Source of the DNA: Camelus ferus
Lineage: Eukaryota
NCBI RefSeq assembly: GCF_009834535.1
Contig: NC_045701.1
Location: forward strand, 29,636,001-29,700,000
Direction of reading: 5' to 3'
DNA: 64,000 nucleotides
The notes under the pieces are model-generated. The model had not been told where the DNA came from. It did no database searches and worked only from the letters and a program-made list of their open reading frames with translations. A program made the position numbers and the translations under genes. Shown here in pieces: positions 13,164 through 25,129 of this stretch. Numbering within the stretch: position 1 is the stretch's first letter; every line of letters starts with the position of its first letter.

Positions 13164-14215
13164 TTTTTTTTAAACACTTTTTATTGATTTATAATCATTT
13201 TACAATGTTGTTTCAAATTCCAGTGTTCAGCACAATTTTTCAGTTATATGTGAACATATATATATTCATTGTCACATTTTTTTCTCTGTGAGCTACCATA
13301 ACATTTTGTGTATATTTCCCTGTGCTATACAGTATAATCTTGTTTATCTATTCTACAATTTTGAAATCCCACCTATCCCTTCCCACTGTCCACCCCCTTG
13401 GCAACCACAAGTTTGTATTCTATGTCTATGAGTCTATTTCGGTTTTGTATTTATGCTTTGTTTTTGTTGTCGTTGTTGTCGTTTTTGTTTTTGTTTTTTA
13501 GATTCCACATATGAGCGATCTCATATGGTATTTTTCTTTCTCTTTCTGGCTTACTTCACTTAGAATGACACTCTCCAGGAGCATCCATGTTGTTGCAAAT
13601 GGNNNNNNNNNNNNNNNNNNNNNNNNNNNNNNNNNNNNNNNNNNNNNNNNNNNNNNNNNNNNNNNNNNNNNNNNNNNNNNNNNNNNNNNNNNNNNNNNNN
13701 NNNNNNNNNNNNNNNNNNNNNNNNNNNNNNNNNNNNNNNNNNNNNNNNNNNNNNNNTCCTGAAGTAGAGTTCCTTCTGGATATAAGCCCAGGAGTGGGAT
13801 TCCTGGGTCATACGGTAAGNNNNNNNNNNNNNNNNNNNNNNNNNNNNNNNNNNNNNNNNNNNNNNNNNNNNNNNNNNNNNNNNNNNNNNNNNNNNNNNNN
13901 NNNNNNNNNNNNNNNNNNNNNNNNNNNNNNNNNNNNNNNNNNNNNNNNNNNNNNNNNNNNNNNNNNNNNNNNNNNNNNNNNNNNNNNNNNNNNNNNNNNN
14001 NNNNNNNNNNNNNNNNNNNNNNNNNNNNNNNNNNNNNNNNNNNNNNNNNNNNNNNNNNNNNNNNNNNNNNNNNNNNNNNNNNNNNNNNNNNNNNNNCTTC
14101 TGCCCATTTTTGGATTAGGTTGTTTATTTTTTTCTTACTGAGTCATATGAGCTGCTTATATATTCTGGAGATCAAGCCTTTGTCGGCTTCATTTGCAAAT
14201 ATTTTCTCCCATTCC
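13164..14215 (-). mobile_element. 5'-truncated camelid-type L1 with 13-bp TSD
   Basis: Poly-T head, then L1 3' UTR and ORF2 end, with N-masked parts. The direct repeat TATTCTTAGTTTC lies at 13151-13163 and 14216-14228. Confidence 0.9.
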
Positions 14216-15186
14216 TATTCTTAGTTTCTATAATCATAATTTTACTAATGGTAAACTACTGGAATATTTGTGGCTGTCTTTTTTTTTTTTTCACTATTAA
14301 TTGCATACTTCTTCCATCTTCATCCAAGATCTCCAATGATGGTGATTCTTTACTTGGTAGAGTGAACCAAATTTTAATTTTTCCTATGTTATGCAATTTT
14401 CATACTTTTACTACTTGATATGCAAATACTGTGAGCACCACAGAGAATCACTTGGCTTTCAAACATCATGATTTTTCCTACCCTGTTTTGTAACAGCAGT
14501 CCAAGTACACCTTGATCATTGGGATCAATCTTCTTAGCTGGTTTAATAAACTATTTTCCATTGAATCAGAGGCATAAGTAGACTGAAATGTCTGGTGACT
14601 TTTTGCTTTAAGGTCAGTGAAAATTTTTTTTAATCCTTTTGTTGGAAAGATTTATTTATTGGAAACTATGACATGTAAAGGAGGGGAAGGAAACAAAAAT
14701 TTATGAATGCTATTAAAATTTTGATAAAATATTTTTAGTTATAAAAACATAGATTTTGTAATTAGAAGTAGGATCTGATTCTAAATCTAGTATTTACAGT
14801 TTATGTAGCTAGTTTGTTAAATTTGGTAATGCTCAGTTTTCTACTGATAATGTGTAAATGGTATTCTCTATTTTCATAGCTGTGAAGTTAAGACAAAATG
14901 CATGCAAAGCACAACATACATGGCTAGAACTCAATAAATGGTATTTTAGAGTCTAATTTTGTTTATAGAGAAATTTAAAATTACAACATGAATGATACTA
15001 TATTAGAATGGTTTCTACTTGGATGCACAATTCAGAATGTTTCATTGCATATATACTTGTGTAGGGAAGGATTATCATTTCCCAAAATATGACTCATATT
15101 TAGTACAAAATCATATACCTCAGTGTCTTTAGATGATTATGATGGCAGCAACAATGGTGATGCCTTTGGTGAATGTAATATTTCAG

Positions 15187-16143
15187 TTAAAAGGTTGATC
15201 TGAAACTCATATGCTTGGTCTTTATTTTTATTATTGCTTTCTTCATGTCGTTATTCCTAAATGAGTAGATGATTGGATTTAAAAGAGGAGTAAAAATTGT
15301 ATAAAACACAGAGAGGATCTTATCTACGGAGACACGGCTGAATGGCCATATATAGATAAAGAGGCAAGGTCCAAAGAATAGTACCACCACAGTAATGTGA
15401 GCTGAAAGAGTGGACATGGCCTTGGAAGACTCACTGAATGAGCGATGCCAGACAGTAATCAGGATGATGCTATAGGAGATGAACAGAAAGGTGAAACGGA
15501 AAGAAGAGAGTAGTCCACTGAGTGCAATGTCTAATAGCTCCAAGGTGTAAGTGTCAGTGCAGGCAAGTTTGATCACCCGAGGCAGATCACAAAAAAAACT
15601 GTCCACAACATTGGGACCACAGAATGGTAAAGTCACTGTGAAAACCATTTGGGTAATAATGTGCACAAAACCAGTTGTCCAGGAAAAAAGTGCAAGTCCA
15701 ATGCAAGCACGATGGCTCATAATATTTTTGTACTGGAGAGGTTTGCGTATGGCAATTAATCTATCAATTGCCATGACTACAAGCAACATCATTTCATTTC
15801 CACCTAAAAGGTGAAGGAAAAACATCTGGGCCATGCACCCTTCATAGGAAATGGCCTTATATTCACTAATTAAGTCACAGATCATTTTAGGAGTAGCAGA
15901 AGAAGCTAGGGACATATCAATCAAGGAGAGGTTGGCCAGTAGGAAGTACATAGGAGAGTGTAATTGAGGGTCCAGTTTCACTACTAAGATAATAATGAGG
16001 TTACCTAATAAAATGGCTATGTAGATAATGGAAAAAAAGAAAAAAAAGAAAATCCGTAACTGATGAAATTCTGTGAGTCCCAGCAAAATAAACTCAGACA
16101 CTGTGGAGTGATTTTGTTTTTCCATTTGTTTGGCTGTTGGCAT
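15187..16143 (-). CDS. OR4-family olfactory receptor, open 318-aa ORF with damaged motifs; positional candidate ortholog of human OR4U1P
   Basis: 7TM ORF with PMYFLL, FCDLP, STLSAH and PLLNPIIY, but MAIDRLIAIRKPLQY. ATG at 16143, second ATG at 16125. An acceptor TTTTGTTTTAG| ends at 16151. The gene lies between OR4L1 and OR4K13. Confidence 0.8.
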   Translation of the reverse strand: MPTAKQMEKQNHSTVSEFILLGLTEFHQLRIFFFFFFSIIYIAILLGNLIIILVVKLDPQLHSPMYFLLANLSLIDMSLASSATPKMICDLISEYKAISYEGCMAQMFFLHLLGGNEMMLLVVMAIDRLIAIRKPLQYKNIMSHRACIGLALFSWTTGFVHIITQMVFTVTLPFCGPNVVDSFFCDLPRVIKLACTDTYTLELLDIALSGLLSSFRFTFLFISYSIILITVWHRSFSESSKAMSTLSAHITVVVLFFGPCLFIYIWPFSRVSVDKILSVFYTIFTPLLNPIIYSFRNNDMKKAIIKIKTKHMSFRSTF

Positions 16144-17253
16144 ATGTTACCTAAAACAAAATCAAAATAGATTAAAGTCTGTTAGTTAAAGTTGAAAGAT
16201 AAAATACATATTCATTTAACTTCGCTTCATAAAGCTCACTGAAATGTGCAAAAGAATCAAAAGTATTGAACAACATTGAATTCAAAAATGTTTTTAAAAA
16301 GGACAGACATAAGTTCTCAGCAGAGAGTATAAGGAATATCTGCCATAAACCAAGATATTTGAAGAAAATTGAAGCTGTCTATGTGGAACTCGTATCTGGA
16401 TTAATCTTGAGAAAAGTGATTATCTCAGTTGTGAGAGAGTATGAAAGTTCCTTGCCAACTTTGTAGAAGTTTAGAAATAGATATATTGTCCTCCATGGAC
16501 AAAAACACAGGACACTTCCGTCTTGAAATCTCTTTCTACACTGCATAATAGTAAGGGTCATGTAAGAGAAAGAATGGCCAAATGCTTCTCTATTTAGAAG
16601 CGGGTTCAAGAAAAATGAAATTGAGTAGATGGAATATAGAGCATTGACAATCTGGGAGTCAGTTCTGCAGTTCCTGCTGAAAGTCAGATGAGCAGAAATA
16701 ATCATTATGAGTCTTCATGACACATGAATCTATGGTTGGCCAAACTGAGAGGACTTCTCACAGTTTTTTCCTGAGGTGGAAGAAGGGTCCAAATATTTGT
16801 CTTCTGTGGGCCCTGACTTTCCTCTGAGCCTATAAATTTAGTAGGTCTGGAGGTATAGTGCTCAAAAATAGCCAAATTGGATGCTTGCTGCTGGCTCCCC
16901 ACTGCCTGACAACTATTTCTGTAAGTGACTGAATGTCAAAACAGATCTGTTAAACATTCCTAACTTTTATAAGGATATTATAATTATAGATCCCTGATAA
17001 GCAAAGGGGGCTCTTCAGGGAACATATCCTTATTGTTCTAGATGGGTAAGCAGACCTATGTAGAATGACATCCATTTAAACATGAATAATGCTAACCAGA
17101 AATTTTGAAATTTTTCAAGTGAGACCTGAAAAAAAACCCAACAAAAAAGGGAAAAAACACAAAAGTTTATATCTGACTGAAGACCTCATTATTAGGAAAA
17201 TATAATTAGTATAAAAATGCTTTGAAACCTTTTAAGAATTCATATAACTGCAA

Positions 17254-17340
17254 GGGGGTAGTATTGCTCAGTGGTAGAGAGCATGCTTAGCATGCCCAAG
17301 GTCTTGTGTTCAATCCCCAGTACCTCCATTAAAAAAAAAA
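17254..17340 (+). mobile_element. Camelid Vic-1-type tRNA-Ala-derived SINE
   Basis: GGGGGTAGTATTGCTCAGTGGTAGAGAGCATGCTTAGCATGC...GTTCAATCCCCAGTACCTCCATT plus A10. Pol III A and B boxes are present with an A-tail. Confidence 0.85.
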
Positions 17341-17839
17341 GTTGAGAGAAATGCAAAAATAATATAATAAAGATCTCTGTACTGTTATTCAGAATTAGCA
17401 AATGCTTGTATTTTTATCATTTTACTTCACAAATTTTAAATAAAATAAAAAATACCAGTGGAGGTAAGGTTCACTTATCATCTTGCTAATTTATGTGTGA
17501 CTTTTAAGAAATGAATAAGTGATATCTGGTCATAATATTCTGCAAATACAAATTTTATTTTTGCTGATGAATTGCTATTATAAAAAGGTACAATTAATAT
17601 ATATGTACATATCTATTTTCATGTGAAAGACTTTTTCAAGATTATATTTTTAGTAGAATTACTAGTTAATTTTCAACTAATCAAATAATGCAGAATTCTC
17701 AACAAGGGGTTATATAAATTTATGCTACCACTTCCTCACAAATTTGGGTTGTTTTTTTTTTTAGTTCTAACCACTGTATTTTATTGTAGGAATACAAAAA
17801 TCATAAAATGTTAGGAAATCACTTTATATAATTAACAAT

Positions 17840-18200
17840 ATTAAAGAGTTGGACAAAGTACATAATTTTTAAATGACAGTAAAATAAACATCTAATAAAT
17901 GGAGACATATTAGGTTCATGAATTGTAAATATTCCAATTATCTTTAAGTTCATGTATATATTCAACAAACTCCCTGTGAATCCAAGCAGTTTTTCTTTTG
18001 AAATTTGGCAAGTTGATTCTAAAATACAAAAGACCAAGATGAGCCAAGGCAATTTTTAAGGACAAAGCTAGAGGATTTGTACTACAGTATACCAAGTCCT
18101 ACCTATAAAGCCATATTATAGGACAGTTTGATTTTGGCTCAGGGATATAAATATAAAGGAATGAAACTGAAAATATCCAAAAAGCTCTACTTAATGATAG
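17840..18200 (+). mobile_element. Old L1 ORF2 fragment
   Basis: 'aaataaacatctaataaatggagacatattaggttcatg...ttggcaagttgattctaaaat' is decayed L1 ORF2. Confidence 0.65.
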
Positions 18201-18772
18201 CAGCAAATAGCACAGTAAAGTACATTTGTGGAGAGACAAACAGAGCTGTTCACTGGTGAGCCCAGAGGGTTGCACTGTAATATGTTAGCAGGTGCTGGTG
18301 GCTCTTTGGGAAGGAGGCTCTTCCCGATGTCCGAATTCCAAAATATCAATAAATGCCAGAATTTGGCTTTATCATATTCTCTTAAAAAGCTGGCTTCAAA
18401 ATTCACATTGCTTAGCTTCTAAGATTTGACATTTTAATTTTTTCTTCCAGTTTTTTCTCAAGTTTGCCTGATAACAAAGTAGACTAGGTAGCAGGTGAGA
18501 TAACTTTCCTAGGACACATACAAGGCAACACACAGCAATAATCCAGCTCCTGTATGCTTTCCCATGAGATGATGAGAGAAGAAGGAACTTTGATACATTT
18601 TTACTTACAGATTTTACCACTAAATCATGCCTTTTTGACATGTGACTCTGCCATGTGGCATAGTGGTGTTTGCCTTCATGCATTACTTACTCCGTAATAT
18701 TACAGTTACAGCTTTTCAAAGAGTAAGGACCCAGAGCAGGGAGAATGAGATAGCAAAACAAAACAGAAAGTA

Positions 18773-18986
18773 CAGTTGACCCTTAACAATAAGGGTATGA
18801 ACTGTGCATGTCCACTTATATGGGAATTTTTTCCGATAGTAAATACTACAGTATTACATGACTGGTGGATTGAATCCAGGGATGTGGAACCCTGGATATA
18901 CAGGGCCGATTTTAAGTTTTACGTGGATTTTCCACTGTGTGGAGGGTCATTGCCCCTAATCTCCCAGGTTGTTCAAGGGTCAACTG
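18773..18986. mobile_element. Tigger1-derived MITE (Tc1/mariner, pogo group), 214 bp
   Basis: Terminal inverted repeats CAGTTGACCCTT(-)AACAA ... TTGTTCAAGGGTCAACTG, flanked by TA dinucleotides at 18771-72 and 18987-88. Confidence 0.88.
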
Positions 18987-21900
18987 TATTGTCTAGACCT
19001 AGACACAAACACATGGTACATGTGATACATGATAGTGATAGATTTTGGATCCTTAAGGAAAATAATCAGTAAATGATAATGAGGCAAGTAATTAGCAGTC
19101 AAGAATGGAGAGCTCAGATCTCCAGCCTCCCTCCTCATTTGAAAATAAATTTCAGAGATATAAAAGATTACATCTATAAAACAGAGAACTATGAAATTAG
19201 TAAAAGCAGAGATGGGCACAAATTTTAACAAAATGTAGCTCATGAAAACATTTTAATGTCATGTAAAAACTAGAATCCATGAAGATAAAGACTGACAGAT
19301 TTGCCTTTATGAAAGTAAAAAAAATGGACATAAAAAAGGAGATGAGAATATATTTTCAAAAGTGAAAAAAGAACTGTTGACTCTAATTAGTAATAAAAGG
19401 TTAAAGAAACAGTGGAAAAGTGGGGAAATCACATGGATTGGCAATTCACAGTGTTAGAACTGCAAATATCTTTAAACACAAACATGCTCAACCTTATTGA
19501 TAAAGAAATGCAAGTTAAAATAACAAAATATATAATTTTATCTATCACACTAAAAGTAAATTCAATTTTGATCAGAATATGAGATGGAGTTGAAGAATTC
19601 TTGAGTACTACTTTTTTGTATTAGCACAATACCTTAGGGGGTGAGAAACTTGGCACTGTATCTTAGATTTTAAAATCTTGCAACAGTTTAATGGAGAACC
19701 TCCACTCCTGAGATTTATAGCCTAAGTTTTCAAAGAAAAATAATCAAGAGTGCTCATTGTACCATTATCTTTAATAACCAAAAATTTTAAAAACTCTCCA
19801 AAACCTCATCATTAATAGAATTATTTAAAAATGGAAATCTATGTGTGCTGGTATGGAAAAATGTGTAAGACATATTATTAAATTTTTAAATGTTGTTTTA
19901 TTTTAAATTATTATAATATTCTAATGAAAAACCATACACACATGTTATAGATTAAACAAATCTCAGAGAACCATAGATTCACCAAACTATCAAGAGTGCT
20001 TACCATTAGTATATTAGCTTATAGGGGTTAATGCAGATTCTAATTTTTATAAGTTCAAATTCAATAAATTTAAAAGAATTACAGTCTAGTCCTGGATAAT
20101 GCTCTCAAAAATGTAGTTGGCTTTTAGCTACCAAAAACTTCAAGTCAGAGAATTATTTATTTTACATTCAATTGTGAAAGATTTAAAAATAATCTGTAAA
20201 TAACCTGAGACTTGTTCGAACTAGCTATGCTGGTTTATCATCTATTACCTAAACATTTAGAATTGCAGCAGCACTGAAAACTAAGATCAATAATTATGGA
20301 TCAGCAATCAATCATAGATAGCCAGGAATGGAAATATATTCCAAGTCATATATCAACTTCTGACAAAGCAGTTTCACCAAGAAAGGCAGGAAGATATCTT
20401 CTGTCCCTTACTCACCAGCACTTCCAAAGTGTCCTCTCTGAATAACTGGGAAAATTCTTGGAAAGAAGAACAATGAGAGAGATAAATCTATCTGATATTA
20501 AAATGTATTATAAAGCTAGAATAATAAAATGATACTTTACCTTCATAAGAATAGGTAGAAAAATGAACAGATATAAAAAAACTGGCAGCTTAGAAATAGT
20601 CATATATTAAAATTACGCTGCTTAGGATAAATGTACAGTTATTTGGGAATAAATAAGGCTGGTTAGCTAAAGTCTTAAAGAAAAATAAATTCAAATATTT
20701 TAAACATTTCAACCATAATAATTTAAACAGTAAAAGACTGAGATAAATCTATAAGTGAATATATATGCTGTGTTGTATTTTATAATATTAGGTAACATCA
20801 AGATAAGTATATAAGTAAATATAGACACTTTCTTATGTTACATTATTGAGTCAGGACCATGTCAAATGCAGAAAACACAGAAATAAAGGTTAACAGATTT
20901 TATTCAGCAAAAATGAGTAAACTTCTTATTATCTCAATAGCATAATCAAAATTGTAAGAGACAAAAGCTGCACTGGAGAACCACAGTCACACATATATGT
21001 CCTTAATATCAAAATTATATGAGTCAATAAGGACAATTTCAAGAGCACTGTATAAAAAAGACAAGGTGAAGCACAAAATGTTTAAGATAAACAAGTGATG
21101 TTTGAACAAATGAAAAAAATAGTTTAATTTCAGTAAAAAATATAGTTTGAGGTCATACACATCTTTGGATTTACTTTGAATGGTAGAATAAGATACCTGG
21201 TTATATTTTTCTATGTATCTTGATATGTCACAAATATTATAAATATTCTTCTCCATACTTTCTGCTTGCTTTGGAAGTTGTGACTGAAAAGCACTGAGAC
21301 TCTTCTAGGATTTTTTCACTTGCTCTCACTTTCTTCAGTCTCTTTTTTGTATGTCCAAAGTCTAATAAAGGAGAAATCTATTCTATTTTGAAATTGTATA
21401 AGACAACATGAAAAATGTGCCAGTTAATGTCCTTGGGAAAACCTTGCATTTTATAAATGAATTCCCTCAGCAATTAAAAAGGTCGTGCATTTGGCAAGCT
21501 AGATTATTCAGACTCTCTCATTAGCGTGTAACTTTTCCCTATAGTAAGGGACAGAAATAAGGGATTACCAATCAAACAATATACCTGCATTTCCATGCAC
21601 AGACACGGATAAAAGCTGAGTATCTATTTAAAATGTACATAACATTGAATTTTCAAAGACCCAAAATAAGAAGAATTTAGAAATATGAGAGAGAAGATTA
21701 ATTGTATTATATTTCACTTTATTTAAAAAAATTTGTATAAAATTTTGTGACCATAAACGTTTCTTTCTTAGTCCTATCATCTGAATAAAGGTAAAAATAT
21801 AAGTACAAATTTAATTGATCATATTGGAAATAACTTATTCCTAAGAGTCACATTCCTCTGGTACCTTTCTATTTTCCTCTGTAATTAGTTCCTCTCAGAT

Positions 21901-22249
21901 TTGCAAGCTCTGGGAACTGCATTGTTCCAGAATAGTTCATTGTCAAAATGAAAGACATTTGCTATTCTTTATTTGATTTCGTCCATGCCAAACAACAGCT
22001 GACTTATTTCTTATTTCTCGTATTGGACTCCTTGTGTTTATTATGTTAGGTGGACTATACAACCAACTATTTTGTCACATTATGGTGAGATTTCAGTGAA
22101 AAGCCTGGTCAACAGTATCTAAAACTATTTTGTTGTTGTCTCTGAATTGACAACTTCACATATTGATTACTTCACACATTCGTAGCTTAGATACTCTTAA
22201 GAAAATAACATAGCTATTAAAGGGTTGATGTGTTATTTCCAAATCTACT

Positions 22250-22620
22250 ATAAACTTTCTTGTATGTTTCTTTTGGACACAATTACTCATTTCTCTTAGG
22301 TATATACCTTGCAGTGGAATTAATGGGTCATGGGGTAGACATGTCTTTCAGAAACTGCCAGAGTTTCCAATGTGGTTGTACCAGTTTACCCTCCCATGAG
22401 CAGTATACAGGACTTCCAGTTGTTCCATAGCCTTCACAGACTTTGCTATTCTCAAGCCTTTTAAATTTAATTTAAGCTATTTTTTAAGTACATTGAAATA
22501 CTGATTGTGGTTATAATTTATATTTCCCTGGTTATTAGTAATGAGGAACATCTTTTCATGCGGTTATTTTTCATTTGACTATTCCCTTTTGTGAAGTCCT
22601 ATTTAACTCTTTCTGCCCAA
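22250..22620 (-). mobile_element. Old L1 3'-region fragment
   Basis: 'atttctcttaggtatataccttgcagtggaattaatgggtcatgggg...ggaacatcttttcatgcggttatt'. Confidence 0.7.
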
Positions 22621-22817
22621 ATCTTATGAACGGACAACTCAGGTGAAACAAGCAAATTCTTAAAACCACAAATTATGCTACTGACAAGAAAGAAAATGTA
22701 CATATTGTGTATCAAGGAAATTAAAACCATAATTTAAAATATTCCCTTTAAAAACACAAGGAACACTTGCTTCACTTATGAAAATTTTTTCCCAAATGTT
22801 TAAAAAATGAGATAATA

Positions 22818-24275
22818 TAGAGGGAGGAGATCAAGATGGCGGAGTAGGCGGATGCTGAGCTCACCTCCCCCCACACGCACATCAAAAATACATCCACATG
22901 TGGAGCAGTTCTCACTGAAAACAAACTGGAGACTGGCAGAAAAACTCTTCTACAACTAGGGCTGTAAAAACGATCCACACAAAACTGAGTAGGAAGGAAA
23001 GAGAAGTGTGATCAGATCAGGATCCACATCCCTAGGAGGGAACACAGACGAGGAGGGGAATATCCTGGGCTTGGATAGCCTCCTTGGGGAGTGAGCAGTT
23101 TAAACCATACGTTGGAAACCCCAGCCCTGGGGTCTGACACTGGGAAAATGAATGCCGTTAGCTGATTTGAAAACCAGCCAGACTTACAGAAGAGCTGTAA
23201 AAAACCCAGACTCCATTCATGGAGGACATTCTCATGCTTGCTTACTCCCAGAAACAGGGCAGAGGAAGAAGATTGAAACTGTCTTGAGGCTCTGGTTGGT
23301 TTCCAGTTATGGCCCCAGCATGTACCCCTGCCTGTACCAGTCACTTACTCTGGCCCCTCTAGTTCTGGCACAGCTCCCAACTAGGGTGAAAACCGACATT
23401 GTTGAGGAAAATGTGTAGTTGGGAGGGATGGAGCCAGCTTGGACCTAGCACTGCATCTGAACCTGGCGAGGGTGCCTATTGCTGGCACTTGTGGAGACAG
23501 TGGATCAGGAGCTGTCTTGAGCTCTGACTGGCAGCCAGGATTATCCCAGTGTGCCACAGCCCACACTGGGCACCTACTCTGTCCCCTCTTGATCCACCAC
23601 TGCTCACCTCTGGGGTGAAGGTGCCACTGCTGGGAATGAGGGAGAGTGTACACTTAGAGGAAAAAGAACCAGCTCAGACCTGACCCTTATGGCTTCTGCT
23701 TCAGCACCTTGGTACCTACCCCTGCCCCCAGTAGGGTAGTGATAGTCACTGAGCATAGGATATGCTCTGGTTCACACCTGGCTCTGGCTCTAACCACTCT
23801 ACCTCCAGCCCTACCTCCCACCAATGCAATATCTGACAGCATACCTTGAGGGAAAACATGACCCAGGCTCACTCCAGATTCAGCTCCCTCATCAAAGCCA
23901 TTGGGCACACCCAGAATGCATAAGGACACTCTCACACAAGCATATCACTTCAAGACTGGGATAAATATTCCACCTAATCTCATAAAGACAAAGAAATTTA
24001 AACAAAATGAAAAGACAGAGGAATTAGTTTCAAATAAAGGAACAAGAAAAAAGCCTGAAAAATAACAAATGAAAGAGAGAAAAATAATTTACCAGATAAA
24101 GAGTTCAGAACATTAGTAATAAGAATGTTAAGTAAACATGGGAAAATAATAGATGAACACAATAAGAATTTTTAAAAGGAACTAGAAAATATGAAGAAGA
24201 ACCAATCAGAGCTGAAGAATACAATAACTGAAATGAAAAGCACAGTGGAAGGACAGAAGAATGCGTAAGTGATCT
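22818..24275 (+). mobile_element. L1 5' UTR and start of decayed ORF1
   Basis: Begins GAGGGAGGAGATCAAGATGGCGGAGTAGG, with the YY1 motif CAAGATGGCG at 22832-22841. About 1.1 kb of GC-richer UTR follows, then ORF1-like 'aacaaaatgaaaagacagaggaat...ccagataaagagttcaga...gagctgaagaatacaataactgaaatgaaa'. Confidence 0.8.
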
Positions 24276-24903
24276 GGTGTATTCACAGAAAGTTCAGGTT
24301 CTCAGTGGTGCAGGAACACATCCGAGACCAGATCCTCAGTGGCTGCCTGACTCCCAATTTTGCAGGCCTGGACTGTGAGTGCTCATTTTAATTTCAATCT
24401 GTCATCAAGATCAATGAAATAGCAAATACAATCCAGATTTTGACTTACACACCACTTGACTTATAACAAAATGTTACTGCAATTCATTGGGGAGTAAGAT
24501 GACCCATTAAATGAAGTACGCTGAAGCAATCAGATATTCATAGGAAAAATAAATGTTCACTGCTCCCTACCTTATATTATGCATAAAACATTAATATAAG
24601 GCAGAACATATACCTAATTGTGAAAGGTAAAACAATAACACATTAGAATGCAATGAACATAATAAATTACCTTTATATTCTTAATTTCTGAAACAATACC
24701 AAAACAAACCTCACCATAAAAGTGAAAAAAAGGTGAATTAGATTTCATCAAAAATTTTTTAAAATGTTATTGAAAAAAACCATCGAGAAAGTGAAAAGTT
24801 AAGACATAGACCAAAGAAGACATTTCACATACGTATATCTTAACAATGTTCTTATTTGTAGAATATATAAAGAACACAAAAATGTAATCTTCATAATATA
24901 TGG

Positions 24904-25097
24904 CAGAGTTTCTCAATCTTGGCACTGTTGACATTTTGGACTGGATAATTCTTTTTTTGTGTGTGGGAGGCTGTCTCATTCATTGCAAAATATAGAGCAG
25001 CATTCCTGGCCTGTATCCATTGCCAGGAGCAGCCTCCACATGTGACATTCAGCAATGTCCCAGATATTGCCAAATGTCCCTTCATTGAGAACCACTG
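24904..25097 (-). mobile_element. MER20 (hAT-Charlie) non-autonomous DNA transposon
   Basis: Ends 'cagagtttctcaa...' and '...ttgagaaccactg', with MER20 internal text ('gcactgttgacattttggactggataattctt'). Imperfect 8-bp TSD ATATATGG / ATATACGA. Confidence 0.85.
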
Positions 25098-25129
25098 ATA
25101 TACGAAATCCAGTAAATAATTAATAAAAT

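Noticed and set aside
13511-14141. ORFs containing X-runs here and near 30000, 50750-51200 and 57600-58100
   Set aside because: They span masked Ns inside L1 copies, and the readable parts are L1 ORF2 or UTR.
17254-17330. Possible tRNA-Ala gene
   Set aside because: The acceptor stem does not pair, there is an A-tail and no T-run terminator, and it matches a tRNA-derived SINE.
22250-22810. Opposite-orientation L1 fragments as a second twin-priming event
   Set aside because: The pieces come from distant parts of L1, are highly decayed and have no TSD. Independent fragments or a later rearrangement is more likely.
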